The notes: generated from the letters alone by a model not told the origin. A DNA stretch of 64,000 bases from Candidatus Nomurabacteria bacterium (GCA_026395955.1 JAPLXR010000007.1:65957-129956); one strand, 5' to 3'; shown: positions 44,902 through 54,517, numbered from the stretch's first letter. Translations and numbers: made by a program.

Positions 44902-45153
44902 ATGTATTATTTATATATTTTAAAATGTGCGGATCAGAGTTTGTATACTGGTATCACGACGGATCTGAAACGTCGGGTAGCGGAGCATAATGGTGAGAAG
45001 GGAAATAAACTCGGTGCGAAGTATACGAGCAGTCGCCGTCCGGTGGAGGTGGTGTATTCGAGGAGGTTTAAGAATCGGTCGAATGCGAGTAAAGAAGAAT
45101 CTAGAATTAAAAGTTTGAATAGGGAAGAGAAACTGAAACTTATCAAAGCATGA
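44902..45153 (+). CDS. GIY-YIG nuclease domain protein (UPF0213/YhbQ-like)
   Basis: 83 aa. YYLYILKCADQSLYTGITTDLKRRVAEHN is the GIY-YIG signature. Confidence 0.6.
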   Translation: MYYLYILKCADQSLYTGITTDLKRRVAEHNGEKGNKLGAKYTSSRRPVEVVYSRRFKNRSNASKEESRIKSLNREEKLKLIKA

Positions 45154-45165
45154 TAAAATACGTAA

Positions 45166-45693
45166 ATGGATTTTAGTTATACTTTAAAAATGAATAGGCG
45201 GACGCGCGGAGTGCGGATCAGTGTCGACGCGGGTGGAGAGGTGGTGGTGACTAGGTCACCTAGGATTTCCGTCGCACAAGTGGAAAGCCTCGTCGCAAAA
45301 AGGGCAGACTGGATACGAGAGAAGATAACAGAGATGGAAAAACGGCCAAAGAAAATACTCGCTCATTTTAGCGTAAAAGAATATAAAGAATTTAAAGAAA
45401 AAGCTCGAGAGCAGGTGGCAGAGAGGATACAAGTATTGAATCAAAAATATAAATTTGAAATAGGGAACATAGCTATACGAAATCAAAAGACGAGGTGGGG
45501 AAGTTGTAGTGGGAAAAAGAATTTGAATTTTAATTACAAAATATTTTTCTTGCCACCAGAACTCACCGACTATATCATCGTGCACGAGCTATGTCATTTG
45601 CGAGAGATGAATCATTCCAAAAGGTTTTGGGACTTGGTAGCTATACAAGTGCCGAATCATAAAGAATGTCGAAAGCAAATACAATTATATTAA
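45166..45693 (+). CDS. YgjP-like (DUF45/M48-related) metal-dependent hydrolase
   Basis: HELCHLREMNHSKRFW zinc-binding HExxH...H motif at the C-terminus, as in the YgjP family that often accompanies restriction systems. Confidence 0.65.
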   Translation: MDFSYTLKMNRRTRGVRISVDAGGEVVVTRSPRISVAQVESLVAKRADWIREKITEMEKRPKKILAHFSVKEYKEFKEKAREQVAERIQVLNQKYKFEIGNIAIRNQKTRWGSCSGKKNLNFNYKIFFLPPELTDYIIVHELCHLREMNHSKRFWDLVAIQVPNHKECRKQIQLY

Positions 45694-45710
45694 TATGATA
45701 AAATAAAATT

Positions 45711-46190
45711 ATGAATACACATACACATCCGATAGTGGGGCATATACATCTAACAGTTTCTGACCTTGATCGAGCACTTTTGTTTTATAGAGACTTGCTC
45801 GGTTTTGAAGTTTCTGCGCGTTATGGAGATAGTGCAGTTTTTCTCTCTAGTGGTGGGTATCATCACCATATCGGATTAAATACTTGGGCAGGCAAGGGTG
45901 CAACGCCAGCACCTATGGGACACACTGGTATGTATCATGTCGCATTTTTGTATCCGACGAGGAAAGCTCTCGCTATTGTTTTGAAAAAATTAATCGACGC
46001 AGGATATCCACTCGAAGGTTCTGCTGATCATGGAGTCTCCGAAGCAATATATTTACGTGACCCAGACAACAACGGAGTCGAGATTTATGTCGATCGTCCG
46101 AAAGAAACTTGGAAAGTTTCAAATGATGGGATGGTAGAAATGGTAACAGAAGTTTTAAACATCGAAGACTTGCTAAAAGAGCTTGCATAA
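45711..46190 (+). CDS. VOC (glyoxalase/bleomycin-resistance/dioxygenase) family protein
   Basis: GHIHLTVSDLDRALLFYRDLLGFEV, two beta-alpha-beta-beta-beta modules. Confidence 0.65.
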   Translation: MNTHTHPIVGHIHLTVSDLDRALLFYRDLLGFEVSARYGDSAVFLSSGGYHHHIGLNTWAGKGATPAPMGHTGMYHVAFLYPTRKALAIVLKKLIDAGYPLEGSADHGVSEAIYLRDPDNNGVEIYVDRPKETWKVSNDGMVEMVTEVLNIEDLLKELA

Positions 46191-46278
46191 ATTTTTTTTG
46201 TGATATAATAAATATATTATAAGTAATTAGATATCGTTATACTTTCTTTCGACACTGTATAATAATATCAAGAACCAG

Positions 46279-46344
46279 ATGGCAAAAGGAGATACGCATC
46301 AGCACAGAGAAAAAAAGAAACCAAAAAAAGTGAAAGCTAAATAG
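46279..46344 (+). CDS. 21-aa highly basic small ORF (MAKGDTHQHREKKKPKKVKAK) with its own terminator
   Basis: Not in the ORF track (<60 aa). A -10-like tgtataata lies upstream. Followed immediately by a strong terminator (46358-46390). Confidence 0.3.
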   Translation: MAKGDTHQHREKKKPKKVKAK

Positions 46345-46357
46345 TTTCTTTTGAAAA

Positions 46358-46390
46358 CAATCCTAGTGAAGAACTAGGATTGTTTTTTTT
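46358..46390 (+). terminator. rho-independent terminator
   Basis: Hairpin caatcctagtgaagaactaggattg followed by TTTTTTTT. Confidence 0.75.
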
Positions 46391-46394
46391 GTAA

Positions 46395-46434
46395 GCACCC
46401 CCTCTGAATCTCCCACCTTAGCAAGGGGGAGAAC
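46395..46434. repeat. GC-rich palindromic mini-element copy 2 (intergenic)
   Basis: gcaccccctctgaatctcccaccttagcaagggggagaac aligns with 34328-34376 (shared gcaccccctc...tcccc.ccttagc.aagggggag). Confidence 0.6.
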
Positions 46435-46511
46435 TTTCTTCCTTTTGACAAATCTCTTTATTTTTGCTATAGTATTTACAGAATAAATATGTAAATTAAA
46501 ATAAATATAAA

Positions 46512-47252
46512 ATGAGTAAACAGTCAAAAGCAAACAGAAAGTTTGAAAGATTTTTAATGGGGCCTCGGGCATCTGAATCTGAACAAATGAGCTCAGAACA
46601 ATCACTAGCTTTAACAAAGGCCTTTGTGTTTGAAAAAATAGCTTCAAAATTATTGTATGAAGGGTTTGATTATGTTAATGAAAAAATAATCAAGAAAAAT
46701 TATGAACGATTTGGTTTGGTACCGCCAAAAGTAAAGAGAATAGAAGAGAGCTTGCAACAAGTTTCTTTTCAAAAATGGTTTGATGGAGATATTTGTCTAA
46801 CTATTCACACTTCTTTTAATCCAACTCTTGGCACTTATGGGTATGGTGAGTTCACTAAACGTGGTACTGCCTGGGTAGTTATTTCAAAAGGAGTTACTGA
46901 AGGTATTTACTTTCAACAAGTAAAGCGTCATGTACTTACTAAACAGTTTGCAGATCGATTGATCAAAGCAACATTATTTATGCAAAACAGATTGAATTAT
47001 CGACCTGTTGTACCTGGGACTAGTGTACTTTTTGAAATTCAGCAAACATTTACTGAAACAAAATATGTGTCCCCGTTAGATAAAAAAGTAACCCATTATT
47101 TTTTAAATGGAGAAATTCCTGATGAATTAAGAAGTTATGCTGCAACTTTATCATATCGGATTAAATACTATCAAAAAAATCGTAAGAAAAATGGCATAAA
47201 AAAACGTGCTAAAGATTTACGTAAAAAATGGTTAATTAAAAATGCTGCTTAG
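46512..47252 (+). CDS. hypothetical protein
   Basis: 246-aa ORF with a Lys-rich C-terminus. No recognisable motifs. Confidence 0.3.
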   Translation: MSKQSKANRKFERFLMGPRASESEQMSSEQSLALTKAFVFEKIASKLLYEGFDYVNEKIIKKNYERFGLVPPKVKRIEESLQQVSFQKWFDGDICLTIHTSFNPTLGTYGYGEFTKRGTAWVVISKGVTEGIYFQQVKRHVLTKQFADRLIKATLFMQNRLNYRPVVPGTSVLFEIQQTFTETKYVSPLDKKVTHYFLNGEIPDELRSYAATLSYRIKYYQKNRKKNGIKKRAKDLRKKWLIKNAA

Positions 47253-47260
47253 GCAGTACA

Positions 47261-47288
47261 CGCATGGAGAAATCCATGCGTTTTTTAT
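47261..47288 (+). terminator. rho-independent terminator
   Basis: Hairpin gcatggagaaatccatgc followed by a T-run. Confidence 0.65.
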
Positions 47289-47404
47289 TTGTCTTTTTTG
47301 TTATTTTTGTGTATAGTATTCATATAAGTGTTGAAGGGGATATCACCCTGGAGCTTTGGGAAGAAACCTATAAAAAGGAAGTAGAACCCATTAAATGAGA
47401 AGTA

Positions 47405-47476
47405 AACAAGGTGGTACCACGAGAAACTCGTCCTTGTATAGTAACTATATGTTGCTGTACGCGGACGAGTTTTTTA
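47405..47476 (+). promoter_or_regulatory. candidate T-box leader element (T-box-like sequence + intrinsic terminator) upstream of ileS
   Basis: aacaaggtggtaccacgag resembles the conserved T-box sequence (AGGGTGGNACCGCG). It is followed by a terminator hairpin ctcgtcc...ggacgag plus T-run (47427-47476), about 130 nt before the ileS start. Confidence 0.35.
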
Positions 47477-47606
47477 TTTTTTAACAGCCGCTGAATGTTT
47501 CATTTTCCGGGTACGAAAATTTCTTGACTTGAAATTTTCTGAAGTTTGCGAGCCGTCGCTCGCAAAACCCCCTACAAATTAAAACATTCAGCTAATATAT
47601 ATAATT

Positions 47607-50600
47607 ATGGAAGAAAAAAATAACACAAATAAATCAGAAGTAGCACTTCGCGAAGAAATAGTTTTAGAATTTTGGAAAGAAAACAAAATTTTTGAACAAA
47701 CAATAAATAAAAAAGAAAATCCAAAAGGCGATTATATATTTTTTGATGGTCCACCGACTGCAAATGGTATGCCTGGACTTCATCATATGGAAGCTCAATC
47801 TTTCAAAGATGTTATGCCTCGCTATAAAACGATGCAAGGTTTTCGTGTTCCTAGAAAAGCCGGATGGGACACACATGGTCTTCCTGTAGAATTACAAGTT
47901 GAAAAAGCACTCGGCTTAAAATCAAAAAAAGAAATTGAACAATACGGAGTAGAAGCTTTTAATCAAAAGTGTAAAGAAAGTGTTTGGAAATACAGAGATG
48001 AATGGATAAAACTACGTCAACGTATGGGTTATTGGGTTGATATGGATAATGCTTATGTAACATATAAAAATGATTATATCGAAGCGTTGTGGTCAGTTGT
48101 ATCAAAAGCAAATGATCGCGGACATTTATATAAAGATTTTAAAGTCCTTCCATGGTGTACACGTTGCGGAACCGCACTTTCAAGTCATGAACTTTCTCAG
48201 CCTGGTGCATATAAAGATGTGAAAGATCTTTCCGTGTATGTGAAATTTAAAATAAAAGGTTTTGAAAATGGATACTTTTTAGCTTGGACGACGACACCTT
48301 GGACTTTGCCTGGGAACGTCGGACTCGCTGTCGGTAATGATTTTATATACGTTGAGGCAAAAGTCGGTAATGATATTTTAGTTGTTGCAAAAGAAAGATT
48401 AGAAATAATTACTGAACCATATGAAATAATAGCAGAACATAAAGGTAGTGAAATGATCGGTATGGAATACGAACCGCTCTTTCCATATTTGAAAAATAAT
48501 ATCGAAAGTGAAGTGCCGACACAAATAGAAAATCTAAAAAATGCATTTAAAATTTACGGTGCAGATTTCGTGACAACGATAGATGGTACAGGGATAGTGC
48601 ATACAGCGGTAATGTATGGAGCGGACGACTTTGACCTCGGTACAAAAGTTAATTTACCTAAATATCATACAGTAAACGAAGAGGGAAGATTTGTCGCAGG
48701 AACCGATTTCCTCGAAGGACGATATGTGAAAGAAGTAGATGAGAATGGTAAGCCCACACTCGCTGTAGATATAATAGATAATCTAACTAGTCGTGGACTT
48801 TTGTTTAAAAAAGAAAATCACATGCACAGTTATCCGCATTGTTGGCGTTGTGATACACCTCTCATTTATTATGCGAGAACTTCTTGGTATTTCCGTATGA
48901 GTGCACTTCGTGATCAACTCCTAGCAGGAAATGAAAATATAAATTGGGAACCAAAACATATAAAAGAAGGACGTTTTGGCGAATGGCTCGATGGTATCAA
49001 GGACTGGGCTATTTCTCGTGATCGTTATTGGGGAACGCCGTTACCTATCTGGCAGAAAGCTGATGGAAGTTATAAAACTATTTCATCTCTTTCAGATTTG
49101 AAAAAATATACAAAGAAATCTGGAAATAAATATTTCATAATGCGTCACGGCGAGACAGAAGCAAATAAAAAAGGAATCATTTGTTCACTGCCTTCTGGTA
49201 AATGGCATCTAGATGAAGATGGAAAGAGACAAGTAAATGAAACAGCTGAAAAATATAAAGATCAAAAAATTGATTTGATTTTCACTTCAGATTTTACTCG
49301 TACACAAGAAACCGCAGAAATAATGGCTGACAAACTCGGATTGAAATCTGAACAAGTTATCATAGATCAGAGGCTTCGTGAAATAGGTGCTTATTCTTTT
49401 GATGGAAAAGGTTGGGACGAATATCATGCATTTCATACAAAGACAGTTGAGAATTTCAACAGACGTGTGAATGATGATGAATCATATGAAGATGTAAAAA
49501 TTCGCATCACTTCTTTCCTTTATGAAATAGAAGAAAAATACCAAGGTAAAAATATTTTATTTGTAACTCATGGTGGACCTGCATGGTTGCTCTTTGCTGG
49601 GGCAGAAGGAAAGTCTCCGAAAGAAACACTAGATATGATAATAGATAAAAAAGATTATCATTATTTCCAAAATGCAGAAATAAAAGAATTAAACTTTACT
49701 CCATTACCACATAATAAAAATTATGAATTAGATTTTCATAAACCATATATCGATGAAGTTGCATTAGAAGATAATGGCGAAACGCTTACTCGTACATCAG
49801 AGGTGATGGATGTGTGGTTCGATTCTGGTGCGATGCCTTATGCCCAAGACCATATACTAGGAGAAGAAGTGGACTTTACTCCAGCAAGGGCTGACTTTAT
49901 TTCTGAAGGGCTCGACCAGACTCGTGGTTGGTTTTATACTTTGCACGCAGTTTCAAATTTACTTTCAGATAAACCAAGTAATGCGTACAACAATGTCATC
50001 TGCCTCGGACTTATCCTCGATGCAAATGGTCAAAAAATGTCAAAGTCTCGTGGTAACGTCGTTGATCCATGGATGATGTTTGAAAAATATGGAGCAGACA
50101 CTATTCGTCTCTGGATGTATTCTGTGAATCAGCCAGGGGAGTCAAAGAATTTCGATGAGCGAACAGTGATGGAACTTCATAGGCAAGTTTTCGGACTTCT
50201 ATATAACGTAGTTTCTTTTTATGAATTGTATAGAGATAAAAATTTAGAAAATGAAACACCAGAAGAGAGTCAAAATGTACTAGATATTTGGATTCTTGCA
50301 AGACTAAATGAATTAACAAAAAATGTTACAGAAAATTTGAATGGCTATAAAACACTCGAACCAGTGCGTGCTATTCGTGATTTCATCGATGATTTATCTA
50401 CATGGTATCTACGTCGTTCACGTGAGAGAATCAAAGAAGGATCTTTCATTTCAAAGATTACTTTGTATTATGTTTTAAAAAACCTAACGAAGCTTATGGC
50501 GCCATTTGCACCATTTGCTAGTGAAGATATTTATCGAAAATTAAGAAATGAAAATGAGCCAGAATCTGTGCACCTTTGTGATTGGCCTAAATATACTGAA

Positions 50601-51089
50601 ATAAATAATAAAGTTATAGAAGAAATGCAAAGTGTTAGAAATAATGTTTCTCTAGGCTTGAAAGATCGTCAGAAAGCAGGTCTCCCTGTGCGTCAGCCAT
50701 TGTCTGAGTTAAAAATAAAAGGAGCAAAACTTGGCGAGGAATACATTGAACTTATTAAAGATGAAGTAAATATAAAATCAGTAATTTTCGATGAAAGTAT
50801 TGAAATGGAAACAATCTTGAATACAGAAATAACTCCAGAATTAAAAGAAGAAGGGAACTATCGTGAACTCGTTCGTGCTATTCAAGACATGCGTAAAAAA
50901 GCAGGACTTACTCCTTCAGATATTATTTCTCTTTCTATAGAAACTGATGAAATAGGAAAATCTCTAGTTCAAAAATTCGAAGCTGATTTCAAGAAAACTA
51001 TTCTAATAAATGAAGTAAAATTTGAAAATAATTCAGGTGAGGAAATAAAAGTAGATGCTTTAAACTTTAAAGTTAGCATCATTAAGTAA
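47607..51089 (+). CDS. ileS: isoleucyl-tRNA synthetase with an internal ~200-aa histidine-phosphatase (PGAM-like) domain insertion
   Basis: HIGH-region PPTANGMPGLHHM, editing domain, KMSKS (KMSKSRGN). Between PLPIWQ and HKPYIDEV lies an inserted segment (aa ~501-710; nt ~49107-49736) with an RHGETEAN motif, TSDFTRTQETAE and a second His in FVTHGGP. These are the histidine phosphatase superfamily signatures. Confidence 0.9.
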   Translation: MEEKNNTNKSEVALREEIVLEFWKENKIFEQTINKKENPKGDYIFFDGPPTANGMPGLHHMEAQSFKDVMPRYKTMQGFRVPRKAGWDTHGLPVELQVEKALGLKSKKEIEQYGVEAFNQKCKESVWKYRDEWIKLRQRMGYWVDMDNAYVTYKNDYIEALWSVVSKANDRGHLYKDFKVLPWCTRCGTALSSHELSQPGAYKDVKDLSVYVKFKIKGFENGYFLAWTTTPWTLPGNVGLAVGNDFIYVEAKVGNDILVVAKERLEIITEPYEIIAEHKGSEMIGMEYEPLFPYLKNNIESEVPTQIENLKNAFKIYGADFVTTIDGTGIVHTAVMYGADDFDLGTKVNLPKYHTVNEEGRFVAGTDFLEGRYVKEVDENGKPTLAVDIIDNLTSRGLLFKKENHMHSYPHCWRCDTPLIYYARTSWYFRMSALRDQLLAGNENINWEPKHIKEGRFGEWLDGIKDWAISRDRYWGTPLPIWQKADGSYKTISSLSDLKKYTKKSGNKYFIMRHGETEANKKGIICSLPSGKWHLDEDGKRQVNETAEKYKDQKIDLIFTSDFTRTQETAEIMADKLGLKSEQVIIDQRLREIGAYSFDGKGWDEYHAFHTKTVENFNRRVNDDESYEDVKIRITSFLYEIEEKYQGKNILFVTHGGPAWLLFAGAEGKSPKETLDMIIDKKDYHYFQNAEIKELNFTPLPHNKNYELDFHKPYIDEVALEDNGETLTRTSEVMDVWFDSGAMPYAQDHILGEEVDFTPARADFISEGLDQTRGWFYTLHAVSNLLSDKPSNAYNNVICLGLILDANGQKMSKSRGNVVDPWMMFEKYGADTIRLWMYSVNQPGESKNFDERTVMELHRQVFGLLYNVVSFYELYRDKNLENETPEESQNVLDIWILARLNELTKNVTENLNGYKTLEPVRAIRDFIDDLSTWYLRRSRERIKEGSFISKITLYYVLKNLTKLMAPFAPFASEDIYRKLRNENEPESVHLCDWPKYTEINNKVIEEMQSVRNNVSLGLKDRQKAGLPVRQPLSELKIKGAKLGEEYIELIKDEVNIKSVIFDESIEMETILNTEITPELKEEGNYRELVRAIQDMRKKAGLTPSDIISLSIETDEIGKSLVQKFEADFKKTILINEVKFENNSGEEIKVDALNFKVSIIK

Positions 51090-51193
51090 TTGACTTTTTA
51101 CTTAAAACTGTTATATTTTATATTAATTAAATAATTCACTCAATATAAACCGAAATGAGTGGATTTTCCGCTCTTTCATAAAAAATAAATATA

Positions 51194-51862
51194 ATGGAAA
51201 AAGAAAAAATAGACATAAGAAAATTTTTAGCAGATTTAGATTCTAAATCAGAAATGTCAAAGACTGATTACACGGCAAGTGAAATTTGGGTAAAAACTTT
51301 CCAACTACATATGCCTTACTTTGAAGCTATTTCGGAAGGTATTTCTAACTTAGATTCATTTGATTATTCGCAAACTTATTCGCTCTTGAGTTTTATTAAA
51401 GAATTGAACTATCAGTATGATATAGGCTTTCAAAAAAAGTTAGTTAAGTTTATTGAAACATGTGTTGAAACTGAAGAGAATTGGAAAAAACGATTAATAA
51501 TTATCAATTTCATTTTATCTGATAGTAAAAAACATTTGAAATGGGATTATATAAAAACATCGAGCCCGATTCTTTCTAAAAAAATCCCAATAAGGATGCT
51601 TGAACTCAAATTTATGTATAAGCAGGATGAAGCACTGGAAGATGTGTCATCTATGTTTCGTTCATTTGTTGATAAAAAATCTGAAGAGTCTGTGGTAGAT
51701 GACTTTTGCATGATTGTTGGTAAAGTAAGTGATGTTATGGATAAAAGCAATCTAGATAGATTTATATCTATATGGATTTCTTTATTGAAGTCACAAGAAT
51801 TAAAGGAAAGGCTAAAAAGAGTTTATGATAAGGCTTACGAAACACAATGGCCTTTTGATTAA
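51194..51862 (+). CDS. hypothetical protein
   Basis: 222-aa ORF. No recognisable motifs. Confidence 0.3.
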   Translation: MEKEKIDIRKFLADLDSKSEMSKTDYTASEIWVKTFQLHMPYFEAISEGISNLDSFDYSQTYSLLSFIKELNYQYDIGFQKKLVKFIETCVETEENWKKRLIIINFILSDSKKHLKWDYIKTSSPILSKKIPIRMLELKFMYKQDEALEDVSSMFRSFVDKKSEESVVDDFCMIVGKVSDVMDKSNLDRFISIWISLLKSQELKERLKRVYDKAYETQWPFD

Positions 51863-51881
51863 ATGTATTTAAATTTTTAGA

Positions 51882-51915
51882 AAACTCATTATGTTTTACA
51901 TAATGAGTTTTTTTA
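51882..51915. terminator. bidirectional terminator between convergent genes
   Basis: Hairpin aaactcattatgttttacataatgagttt followed by a T-run. Confidence 0.7.
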
Positions 51916-51925
51916 TTTTAACTTT

Positions 51926-54100
51926 TTATTCAAAATGCAATTCTAAATGCTTTTTAGAGAGCATGGTTTTTAGGAGAGGGTGGTGGATTAGGTCGGGATC
52001 GGTGGTTATGAGATTTGTTGCTTCTAGGCGGGCGGCTTCAACCATTTTAATGTTTTTTATTGCTTCCATACCGAGATCAGTGATGCCCCATTGTTTCGCA
52101 CCACCTAGTTCACCTGCACCACGGAGTGTGAGGTCGAGTTCGGAAAGTTCAAAACCATTTTTAGCAGTTTTGAGGGCGTTGAGTCTATGCATAGTTTTTT
52201 CAGATTTTGCTTCAGCGAAAACATAGCAAAAGGCTTGGTGATTACTACGGATCACACGTCCACGGAGCTGGTGTAATTGGGCTAGTCCAAATCTCTCTGC
52301 CCCTTCGATGATTATTATAGTAGCATTAGGTACATTCACACCGACTTCGATTACAGAAGTAGCTACGAGTATATCGACAGCACCGAGAGTGAATCGCTCC
52401 ATAACTTTTTCCTTTTTTTCTTTTGTCATTTTACTGTGGAGGACATCTATTTCACAGTCTTGGAAAACTTCTTTTTTAAGTCTCTTTGCTTCAGCGACTG
52501 CGGACTTCATTGTGAGAGCGAGTTCTTTTTCAGGATCTGGTTCATCGATACGAGGGCAGATGACATAGAGCTGTCTGCCTTTCACCATTTCTTCTTTTAT
52601 TTTTTTATATGTATCTTCTCTTTTGTCGGGAGTAATTATTTCTGTAATAACTGGTTTTCTACCGGCTGGCATTTCATCGAGCAAACTCAAATCAAGGTCG
52701 CCATAGATAGTGAGAGCGAGTGTGCGGGGAATCGGTGTTGCTGTCATTGAGAGCAGGTGAGGAGCGAAGCCATCTTTACGAACGAGGTTCCTTCTTTGTG
52801 CTGTACCGAAACGGTGTTGCTCATCAATGATAGTGAGAGCGAGATTTTTAAATTTTACAGATTTTTGTATAAGTGCGTGAGTTCCGATAAGTATTGAAAT
52901 TTCACCATTTGCAGTCCATTTCAAAAGTTGAGCTCTGGAAATATTTGTCCATCCGTCAGGGCTGACTTTGGATGGGAATTTCCTGCAACCACTACCAGTA
53001 ATGAGCCCGATGTTAATAGGTAAATGTCTAAAATATTTTATAAATGATTCGAAATGTTGAGTCGCTAAAATTTCTGTCGGTGCCATATAGGCGACTTGGA
53101 GATTACCAAAATTTTGTTTTACGCCGTCCTTGTCTGGCCTTTGAGTAACTGTCGCATATGTCGCAGTCGCAGCTACAGCTGTTTTTCCAGAGCCGACATC
53201 ACCCTCGAGTAAACGAGACATTGGTTGGTCTTTTTTAATGTCTTCTAATATTGTATTGATAGCATCGACTTGGCCTTGAGTAGCTTGGAAAGGGAATCTT
53301 TCTAAGAATTCCTGCACTTTATCTTCGTCAGGAATAACTTTGAAAGATTTATTATTTTTGTATTCTCTTTTGTCTTTTTGTCTTTCGAGCTGGATAAAAA
53401 ATACTTCTTCAAAAGCGAAACGCTTCCTAGCGGAAAGGGAATCGTGTTCATTTTGTGGCGTGTGAATCCAGATGAGTGCAGTTTTTAAGCTAGGTAAATG
53501 ATATTTGTCTAAAATGTCTTTTGGTATGTAGTCGAAAAAACTATCGAGCACACCGCTGTTAAATATTTTTTGTATTGTATGATAAATCCATTTGGAAGTT
53601 ATGCCGCGAGTCTCACGATATACAGGATAAGAAAAACCACTTTGTTCTTTTGTGTCTTTTTTAAATAAAGTATCGTGAGAGTCTATCGGTAGATTTCCAA
53701 TCTTTTCAAATTCTGGATTAGTAAGATATAAACCACTTTTACTTTCTGTGACTTTTCCTGTGAGTTTTATATTTTCACCTTCATGAATCATTTTCGCAAG
53801 GTAAGCTTGGTGAAACCAAATTATTTTTATTCTTCCTGAAAGGTCTTCGATGTATGCTTCACCCATAGGTATCTTTGAACGGAAACCTTTTTTAGTTTTT
53901 AAATTTGTTACTTTTCCATACACTGTAGCTGTTTCACCAGCAGAAAGGTCGTTAATCTGTTTTATTTGAGAGATGTCTGAATAACGAACAGGGAAGTAAA
54001 AGAGTAAGTCAGCAACAGAAAAAAGCCCGAGCTTGTGAAGGGCTTTTTTCTGATTAATATCAAGGCGTGAAATATCCTCTAACTTATCGCCTATATTCAT
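51926..54100 (-). CDS. recG: ATP-dependent DNA helicase RecG
   Basis: Wedge/OB N-terminal domain, Walker A GDVGSGKT, DEQH box and helicase motifs (QLRGRVIRS). Confidence 0.85.
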   Translation of the reverse strand: MNIGDKLEDISRLDINQKKALHKLGLFSVADLLFYFPVRYSDISQIKQINDLSAGETATVYGKVTNLKTKKGFRSKIPMGEAYIEDLSGRIKIIWFHQAYLAKMIHEGENIKLTGKVTESKSGLYLTNPEFEKIGNLPIDSHDTLFKKDTKEQSGFSYPVYRETRGITSKWIYHTIQKIFNSGVLDSFFDYIPKDILDKYHLPSLKTALIWIHTPQNEHDSLSARKRFAFEEVFFIQLERQKDKREYKNNKSFKVIPDEDKVQEFLERFPFQATQGQVDAINTILEDIKKDQPMSRLLEGDVGSGKTAVAATATYATVTQRPDKDGVKQNFGNLQVAYMAPTEILATQHFESFIKYFRHLPINIGLITGSGCRKFPSKVSPDGWTNISRAQLLKWTANGEISILIGTHALIQKSVKFKNLALTIIDEQHRFGTAQRRNLVRKDGFAPHLLSMTATPIPRTLALTIYGDLDLSLLDEMPAGRKPVITEIITPDKREDTYKKIKEEMVKGRQLYVICPRIDEPDPEKELALTMKSAVAEAKRLKKEVFQDCEIDVLHSKMTKEKKEKVMERFTLGAVDILVATSVIEVGVNVPNATIIIIEGAERFGLAQLHQLRGRVIRSNHQAFCYVFAEAKSEKTMHRLNALKTAKNGFELSELDLTLRGAGELGGAKQWGITDLGMEAIKNIKMVEAARLEATNLITTDPDLIHHPLLKTMLSKKHLELHFE

Positions 54101-54104
54101 AGAT

Positions 54105-54479
54105 TTAGTTGCCGATTAAGTCTTTGACCTTTTTAGTTAGTTCGTCGAGAGTGAAATTAGACTTTACCATGAATTCACTAATACCGAGTTTTTGTGCACG
54201 AGCAATGTCTTTTTCTTCTGAAAGGTTTGAGAAAACTATTACAGGTACTGTAAGCATTGCTTTGTTTTCACGAATTTTTTCTAGAATCATAAAACCATCA
54301 ACATCAGGGAGCAATAAGTCTAGTAAAATCAAATCAATTTTTTCTCCAGAATCGATAAGTTTGAAAGCTTCTACACTGTTAACTGCTGTTACTATTTCAT
54401 AACCGTCTTTTTTAAGCTTAGTTGCTTCTAAACCTTGGAGGAATAAATCGTCTTCTATTATAAGTATTTTTTTAGCCAT
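54105..54479 (-). CDS. single-domain response regulator (CheY-like receiver)
   Basis: ILIIEDD...LILLDLLLPDVDGF...VIVFSN receiver motifs with a phospho-acceptor Asp. 124 aa, no output domain. Confidence 0.7.
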   Translation of the reverse strand: MAKKILIIEDDLFLQGLEATKLKKDGYEIVTAVNSVEAFKLIDSGEKIDLILLDLLLPDVDGFMILEKIRENKAMLTVPVIVFSNLSEEKDIARAQKLGISEFMVKSNFTLDELTKKVKDLIGN

Positions 54480-54517
54480 AAGTATATTTTACTCCCACTA
54501 GGATTCTTTTGCAAATA

